Below, piece after piece: positions 58,495 through 64,000 of a stretch of 64,000 nt of DNA. Position 1 is the first letter of the stretch, and each line of letters begins with the position of its first letter. The notes below the pieces were generated by a model. It was not told where the DNA came from and did not search any database. It saw only the letters and a program-made list of their open reading frames with translations. The position numbers and the translations under genes were made by a program. Source of the stretch: Planctomycetota bacterium (GTDB taxonomy: Bacteria > Planctomycetota > SZUA-567 > H5-PLA8); the NCBI GenBank assembly GCA_038227875.1, contig JBBRPR010000036.1, positions 21,827-85,826 on the forward strand, read 5' to 3'.

Positions 58495-59328
58495 CTACTT
58501 CATGACTTTGTCCATCGCCGCCGAGGTCGCCTTGATCGCGTCTTCGCGCTTCATATCGCGCAGGGGCTGGTTGAACGGTTCCACCGTCACCGGGCCGTCG
58601 TAGCCGATCTTGCGCAGCGCGCCGAAGAAACCCTTCAGATCGATCACGCCCGTGCCGGGCAGTTCGCGCTTGTTGTCGACCTGGTCGAGCACGCTCACGC
58701 CCACCGGCGCGTCGTTGAGATGGACGTAGACCACTTCTTTCTTGTCGAGCTGTTCGATGTCGGAGACCGTCGCCTGCGCCGTGTACCAGTGCCAGCAGTC
58801 GAGCAGGAAGCCGACGTTGCCGGTGCCGATCGCGGCGGCCGCCGCGCGCATGCCGTCCATGGTGTAGATGAAGCCGTGCTTCTTCGATGAGCGCAGCGTG
58901 CGCGGTCCGATAAATTCCAGCCCGAGGTGCTGGCCGAATCCGTTGAGGATCTGCGCGACGGGCTTCAGGCGTTCGACGAACATCTTGAAGTGCTGGTGAT
59001 AGGTGAGGTTGTCGGAGCAGGGCATGACCCACGTGCTGCAGCGCGTGACGCCCAGTTCCGCGGCGATTTTGCAGTCCGCGGCGAAACCGCCGAGGCTCGC
59101 GCCGAACGCCTGGTCGGAGTCGCCTTCGCGCCAGCTCACGGCCGGTCCGAAGCCGCCGAGCTTCAAGTTGTGCTTGGCGAGCAGGTCCTTGACCGCGTTG
59201 ACGCCTTTTTCGCGTGCGTAGTTCAGATCCGGATCGACGCCGGCGAAGCCGTACTCCGCCGCGAGTTTCACCGTCTCTTCGAATGTCGCTTTGTGCCCAA
59301 GGGCACCGACGTTCAAGTTCTTGAACAT
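58495..59328 (-). CDS. Sugar phosphate isomerase/epimerase family protein
   Basis: LGLEFIG, LLDCWHW, VHLND, LPGTGVIDL, GYDGPVTVEPF. Confidence 0.9.
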   Translation of the reverse strand: MFKNLNVGALGHKATFEETVKLAAEYGFAGVDPDLNYAREKGVNAVKDLLAKHNLKLGGFGPAVSWREGDSDQAFGASLGGFAADCKIAAELGVTRCSTWVMPCSDNLTYHQHFKMFVERLKPVAQILNGFGQHLGLEFIGPRTLRSSKKHGFIYTMDGMRAAAAAIGTGNVGFLLDCWHWYTAQATVSDIEQLDKKEVVYVHLNDAPVGVSVLDQVDNKRELPGTGVIDLKGFFGALRKIGYDGPVTVEPFNQPLRDMKREDAIKATSAAMDKVMK

Positions 59329-59420
59329 TGTTTCGATTCCTTTTTCTGGGGTGAGCGTGAGACAACGCCCAAAAATGCTAGCGTGGAGCTTTCGGGATGT
59401 GAAGTGTGAATTGTGGTCCG

Positions 59421-59614
59421 TGCTTTTTGTAGTCCGGGCGTCTCGCCCGGTCTAACCTTTGAATCATCGAAAAGAATAATTTGTCCGTTGGACTTTCTGA
59501 ATTGCGAAGCAAGGCTGTTTGCTCTCGCGATAGAGCACGCGTCGAATGGAAAAGTATGCTCCACTTGGATTGGTTGTAATCAAACCGGGCGAGACGCCCG
59601 GACTACAAAAAGCA
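59421..59614. mobile_element. GTAG-type REP doublet (REPIN-like), family B
   Basis: 31-bp perfect inverted repeats TGCTTTTTGTAGTCCGGGCGTCTCGCCCGGT at 59421-59451 and 59584-59614, each GTAG + hairpin. Confidence 0.75.
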
Positions 59615-59649
59615 ATTCCCATTTTTTCCCGCCAACTTACGCTACGTCC

Positions 59650-61128
59650 ATGAATACACCTTTGCCCACCGGACCGTTTCCGCCGCCGTCGGCCACCTTG
59701 CTGGACGCCCTGCGCGCTGCCGTCGGCGCGAAAAATGTCGTCACCCACAAGGACGAACTGGCCGTCTACGATTGCGACGGATTGACGTTTCACAAAGCGC
59801 TGCCCGGCGCGGTGGTCTTCGTCAGCACCGCGGCGGAAATCTCGGCGATCGTCAAAGCCTGCAATGCGGAGAACTATCCATTCCTTGCGCGCGGCGCGGG
59901 GACGGGCCTGAGCGGCGGCGCGCTGGCCCTCGAAAACGCGATCGTGATCGAGACGGCGCGGATGAACCGCATTCTGGAAATCAACGTGGCCGACCGCTAC
60001 GCCGTGGTCGAACCCGGCGTGATCAATCTCCACGTCACCAAGGCCTGCACCGCCCACAACCTCCATTTCGCGCCGGATCCGTCGAGCCAGGGGGCGTGCA
60101 CGATCGGCGGCAACGTCGCCGAAAATTCCGGCGGTCCGCACACGCTCAAACGCGGCGTCACCACCAATCACGTGCTGGGTCTGGAAGTCGTGCTCGCGAC
60201 GGGAGAAATCGTCACCTTTGGCGGCCCCGTTCCCGGCGCGCCGGGTTACGACCTGACGGGATTATTCATCGGCTGCGAAGGCACGTTTGGCATCGCCACG
60301 AAAATCTGGTGCCGGCTCACGCCCAATCCAGAAGCCGTCAAAACGCTGCTGGCCGTTTTTCCGACTGTGGATTCCGCCAGCCGCGCCGTCAGCGGCATCA
60401 TCGCGACGGGTGTGATTCCCGCCGCGCTGGAATTGATCGACAAGACGATCATCGCCGCCGTCGAAAACTGGCTCCATCTGGGTTTCCCGCTCGACGCCGG
60501 CGCGGTGCTCCTGATTGAGCTCGACGGGTTGCGCGATGGCCTCGACGAACAGGCCGACAAGATCGGCGCCGTCTGCAAAGATAATGGATCGCTTAGTTTC
60601 CGCGCCGCGCGCGACACCGCGGAGCGCCTGCTGCTCTGGAAAGCGCGCAAGCAGGCCTTCGGCGCGGTGGGGCGGATCAGTCCGAGCTACTACGTTCAGG
60701 ACGGCGTGATTCCGCGCACGAAACTGCCGCAAGTTCTGGCGAAGATCACCGCCAGCGGCGAAAAATTCGGACTGATGACCGCCAACGTCTTCCACGCCGG
60801 CGACGGCAATCTGCACCCCCTGATTTTCTTCGACGAACGCGACCCCGTGCAGGTTCAGAACGCGCTGGCCTGCTGCACCGAGGTCCTTGGCGCCGTCGTC
60901 GACGCCGGCGGAATGCTCTCCGGCGAGCATGGCATCGGCATCGAGAAACTCGACTTCATGCCTCAGGTTTTCACCGAAGCCGACATGGACGCGATGCGCG
61001 CGATCCGCGCCGTCTTCGACCCGAAGAACCTCTCCAACCGCGGCAAAGCCGTCCCCAGCCGCCGCTGCTGGGAAGTCAAAGGCCACGAACCCGCTGTCGC
61101 CTTCGGCACCAAACGCGGCCACGCGTGA
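59650..61128 (+). CDS. glcD: FAD-linked oxidase, glycolate oxidase subunit GlcD-like
   Basis: ARGAGTGLSGG, FAPDPSSQ..CTIGGNVAENSGG, GYDLTG, NVFHAGDGNLHP, SGEHGIGIEK. The 59413 start reads through the REP element. Confidence 0.88.
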   Translation: MNTPLPTGPFPPPSATLLDALRAAVGAKNVVTHKDELAVYDCDGLTFHKALPGAVVFVSTAAEISAIVKACNAENYPFLARGAGTGLSGGALALENAIVIETARMNRILEINVADRYAVVEPGVINLHVTKACTAHNLHFAPDPSSQGACTIGGNVAENSGGPHTLKRGVTTNHVLGLEVVLATGEIVTFGGPVPGAPGYDLTGLFIGCEGTFGIATKIWCRLTPNPEAVKTLLAVFPTVDSASRAVSGIIATGVIPAALELIDKTIIAAVENWLHLGFPLDAGAVLLIELDGLRDGLDEQADKIGAVCKDNGSLSFRAARDTAERLLLWKARKQAFGAVGRISPSYYVQDGVIPRTKLPQVLAKITASGEKFGLMTANVFHAGDGNLHPLIFFDERDPVQVQNALACCTEVLGAVVDAGGMLSGEHGIGIEKLDFMPQVFTEADMDAMRAIRAVFDPKNLSNRGKAVPSRRCWEVKGHEPAVAFGTKRGHA

Positions 61129-61196
61129 AAAGAATTTCCAAATAAAAATCCCCGGCTAAACGCGGGGGATTTCCATTCAGTCCTCAGTCCTATCCC

Positions 61197-62051
61197 TTAC
61201 GGCTTTTCCTTGTGCGAATCCGACGGAATCACCTTCGCCGCTTCCGTGTAATTCGCCGGCACTTCAAACGGGCTGCCCAGTGCGCCGCGCGCGGTCAGGT
61301 CGAGTTTGTCGGACGTGGTGCGCTTCACGTCGACGACTTTGCAGTCCAAGCGGCCGCCGGCGGCGAGATCGATGTGGAGTTCCATCGGGACCTTCTTGAA
61401 CATCTCCTTGTTCTCGCGCAGGAAATCGGCGAGGTGCTTGCCGATGATCTTCAAGAGGTAGAGCACTTCCGTGTTGTCGTAAGGCATCTCCAGGTCGGGG
61501 TGCAGCGACGCTTCGAACGGCACGTAGTCGGACTGCTTGCTGTCGGAGATCTTCACCGACTTGCACTTCACGCCGGCCAGTTCTTTCTCGCCGGTGCTGT
61601 CGAGCTGGAACTTGCGGTTGTCGTCGAGCATCGCGCGCCAGAGTTTCTCGACTTTATCGCGCTGCGGTCCCGGCGAGAGCGCATCGATGTCGCCCTGGTT
61701 GGAGCGCTTGATCGTCTCCAGGCGCTTGCGGCGGTCCTCGAAGGATTCGACCACCTTCTTCTTGTTCTTATGATCGAGGTTGATGATCTGCCGGTTCTTC
61801 AAGTCCACCATGATCGTCTCGTCGACAACCAGCGTGCCCTGCTTGCCGCCCATGTCGTCGATGCAGAGAAAGTCGCGCGTGATGTAGATGTTCTGCCGCA
61901 CGTCCTTGGCCTGCGCGCCGCCTTTGCCCTGCTCCAGGATCACGTAGTCCTGCGAAATCAGCAGCACATCGACAGGCTCGGACGCCCGCAGACAGCCGAT
62001 CGCGCAAACGAATGCCAAGCTCATCAACCACAACGAGGAACGCATGCTCAT
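61197..62051 (-). CDS. Hypothetical exported protein (DUF4412-like)
   Basis: Signal peptide; 'TGEKELAGVKC' and terminal 'FEVPANY' resemble DUF4412/LolA-like beta proteins. Confidence 0.6.
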   Translation of the reverse strand: MSMRSSLWLMSLAFVCAIGCLRASEPVDVLLISQDYVILEQGKGGAQAKDVRQNIYITRDFLCIDDMGGKQGTLVVDETIMVDLKNRQIINLDHKNKKKVVESFEDRRKRLETIKRSNQGDIDALSPGPQRDKVEKLWRAMLDDNRKFQLDSTGEKELAGVKCKSVKISDSKQSDYVPFEASLHPDLEMPYDNTEVLYLLKIIGKHLADFLRENKEMFKKVPMELHIDLAAGGRLDCKVVDVKRTTSDKLDLTARGALGSPFEVPANYTEAAKVIPSDSHKEKP

Positions 62052-62220
62052 TCTCCAGTTCTCAATCCCGACACGGCAACACCTCTATAGCTATCGTCCA
62101 GCCGTCAAGGCCACTAAAGACTATAGACGTTGCCCGTAACGGGAATCGTTATAGGAAAAATCCTGAAATGACCACAGCAGAAAGGGTAGTTTTGAATTTT
62201 GAGTTTTTAGTCATGAGTTG

Positions 62221-63045
62221 CTACACAATGCGGCCCTTCATTTTGCCGACGCGGCTGACCCACTTCGACCAGTGCGCGGCCAGCGCCGGCGAGCCGGCGT
62301 AGGCGATCAGGAACGTGTAGCGGTGCAGGTCGCTGAAGCCCAGGCTGCGGCGCTTGGGCGTGAAGCTGCGGATGATCTGGTAGAGATTCTTGGCCCGCGC
62401 CAGCCGCGTCAGCACCGTCGGAAACGAACTGCCGAGCAGGTCGATCAGGTAGAATTCCGAAGGCAGCGAAGGCCGGTCGGGGAAGATCAGCAGGTGGCCG
62501 GCCTTGCAGTCGTCGTGATAAAAACCCGCGTCGTGGAGCTGACCCAGGAACTGCCCCAGCGCGATCAGCAGATCTCCGCGCTCTTCTTCCGACTGGCAGC
62601 GCTGCCAGCGTTCGATCGCCGATTCCGCATACGGCAGCGCTTCGGTGGCGAGCAGACTGAAGCGCGACGTGCGCCCTTGAGCCTCGGCCAGCCAGACGGG
62701 GCGGGGGGTCTTGATGCCCTTTTCCACCAGCTTCCAGCCGAGATCAAATTCTTCCCGCGCGCGCGTTTTGCGCGCGACGCGGAGCAGCACCCGCAGCCAG
62801 CTCTTTAAGTTGTAGCGTTTGACGTAGACTTCGACCGGCGCGCCGAAATTCCCGGCGCTGAGCTTCACAACCTTGCGGCTGCGGCTGCTTTTGACGACAC
62901 GCTCCGACATGTCTTCGAGGCCTTCGGTGTCGTCCCACGGAATATCCAGCCCGCGAAACCGCTTGAACGGCGCCAGCGCCCGGACGTGGTACTCCGGCGT
63001 ATCAAATTCCACCCAGGTGTTGGTGCCCGTCCGTCGCGCGCTCAT
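62221..63045 (-). CDS. Lipopolysaccharide kinase (WaaP/Kdo/InaA family)
   Basis: VYVKRY, AREEF, GIKTP, LLATEAL, LHDAGFYHDDCKAGHLLI, LIDL. Confidence 0.82.
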   Translation of the reverse strand: MSARRTGTNTWVEFDTPEYHVRALAPFKRFRGLDIPWDDTEGLEDMSERVVKSSRSRKVVKLSAGNFGAPVEVYVKRYNLKSWLRVLLRVARKTRAREEFDLGWKLVEKGIKTPRPVWLAEAQGRTSRFSLLATEALPYAESAIERWQRCQSEEERGDLLIALGQFLGQLHDAGFYHDDCKAGHLLIFPDRPSLPSEFYLIDLLGSSFPTVLTRLARAKNLYQIIRSFTPKRRSLGFSDLHRYTFLIAYAGSPALAAHWSKWVSRVGKMKGRIV

Positions 63046-63313
63046 GGGAGGGGGAGGTTAGCAGTAGTTGGCGCGAAGGCAAGGTGAGCGAATGTGGGAT
63101 TGCGGATGCGCCGGGTATGGGGCCCGCGTGCGTGAGATTGCGCGAAAAATTTATCCGCTCTAAGTCGCTTATAATCCAACACTTTGGGATTCCAGTGTAA
63201 GTCGTGTTAGTGAAATATTTGGTTTTTACTTGAATTCAGGTCTATTCTCGGCGTATATTCTACTAACTAGGTTTTCGGTATGAAGACCGATCTCTGGTAT
63301 AGGAGAGGTTGCG

Positions 63314-64000
63314 ATGCAACCCAACCATGACGCCGCGGCTCCGTCCGCGGCACACTGCAGTAACGGGGCGCCCGCCGAATCAGCCCCGCAGTCACAAGCC
63401 CAGACTCAGCCGGATTCGTCCACGAGTCTGGAAATTCATCCCGCGGCGGACATCTTTCCGCCGATGCGGGAGTCGGAGTTCGAGGCGCTCGTCGCCGACA
63501 TCCGCGAAAAAGGGCAAGTCGAACCGATCTGGACGCTCCACGGCCAGGTCATCGACGGCCGCCACCGCCTCAAAGCGTGCAAGCTTCTCGGCATCGTGCC
63601 GAGGACACGCGAATGGGACGGCAACGGCTCGCTCACCGAATTCGTCGTCTCCGCGAACCTGCGTCGACGGCACCTCAAGGAAAATCAACGCGCGATGATC
63701 GCCGCGCGGTTGATGCCGCAGTTCGAGGAGGAAGCGAAAGCGCGATCTAGAACTGGCGGAGTGGTGGATTTTAACCACGCCGCCAATTGGCGGCAGGGTA
63801 GGTCGGCAGAACAAGCTGGAAAGTGCCTTAGCATTTCACAACGAAGCGTAGAACGCGCCGCGCATCTGCTTAAAACCGGCATACCCGACCTGATCGCCCG
63901 CGTCGATCAGGGCCAACTCGCGGTCTCGACGGCGGCGAAGATCGCGGAGTTTCCTCCCGAAGAGCAGGCGGGGCTGCTGAAGTTGACCAAGCCGGAGCTC
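63314..64000 (+). CDS. ParB/Srx N-terminal domain + HTH protein, 3'-truncated by window (absent from ORF track)
   Basis: AGGAGAGG RBS, ATG at 63314, open to the window end: ...HPAADIFPPM..EFEALVADIREKGQVEPI...IDGRHRLKAC...SANLRRRHL..NQRAMIA...SQRSVERA. Confidence 0.85.
   Translation, partial: MQPNHDAAAPSAAHCSNGAPAESAPQSQAQTQPDSSTSLEIHPAADIFPPMRESEFEALVADIREKGQVEPIWTLHGQVIDGRHRLKACKLLGIVPRTREWDGNGSLTEFVVSANLRRRHLKENQRAMIAARLMPQFEEEAKARSRTGGVVDFNHAANWRQGRSAEQAGKCLSISQRSVERAAHLLKTGIPDLIARVDQGQLAVSTAAKIAEFPPEEQAGLLKLTKPEL

Noticed and set aside
59413..59649. N-terminal extension of GlcD in the ORF track
   Set aside because: It is a read-through of the REP doublet; GlcD-like sequence begins after the ATG at 59650.
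63309..63698. 129-aa ORF listed in the track
   Set aside because: Wrong frame; the real gene is the ParB-like frame starting at 63314 that runs off the window.
1..64000. tRNA, rRNA, riboswitch, IS transposase or known anti-phage defence genes
   Set aside because: No recognisable signatures seen by eye; a covariance-model or DefenseFinder search would be needed to exclude them formally.

Overview
GC-rich bacterial chromosomal segment. ECF sigma types, secretin/PilM cluster style, PEGA lipoprotein and FecR fusions suggest a PVC-superphylum organism, most likely Planctomycetota (inference). Contents in order: recC(partial)-recB-recD; a GH42-like protein; a U32/RlhA-like protein; a Zn-finger-TM-CBM/LamG protein; a MASE1-4xGAF-PAS hybrid histidine kinase divergent from a secretin/PilM-PilN fusion/PilO/2xPilP-like operon with no pilins or ATPase; an ECF sigma convergent with a GAF-GGDEF-Ser/Thr kinase-TPR fusion; phosphoesterase; PEGA lipoprotein; Lhr helicase; AI-2E transporter; sugar oxidoreductase/epimerase genes; a second Zn-finger-TM-sensor gene divergent from ECF sigma + FecR-propeller + a ~2460-aa secreted propeller/Ig/beta-helix protein; glcD; a WaaP-like kinase; and a truncated ParB-like gene missing from the ORF track. 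Non-coding DNA holds two families of REPIN-like inverted-repeat elements, many heptamer tandem repeats and several perfect palindromes. I saw no rRNA, tRNA, CRISPR array or transposase. Best candidates for new biology: the Zn-finger/TM/variable-ectodomain family, the GGDEF-kinase fusion with non-canonical active-site residues, and the pilin-less secretin cluster with a candidate C-terminal sorting domain. All domain calls come from reading motifs by eye, not from database searches.
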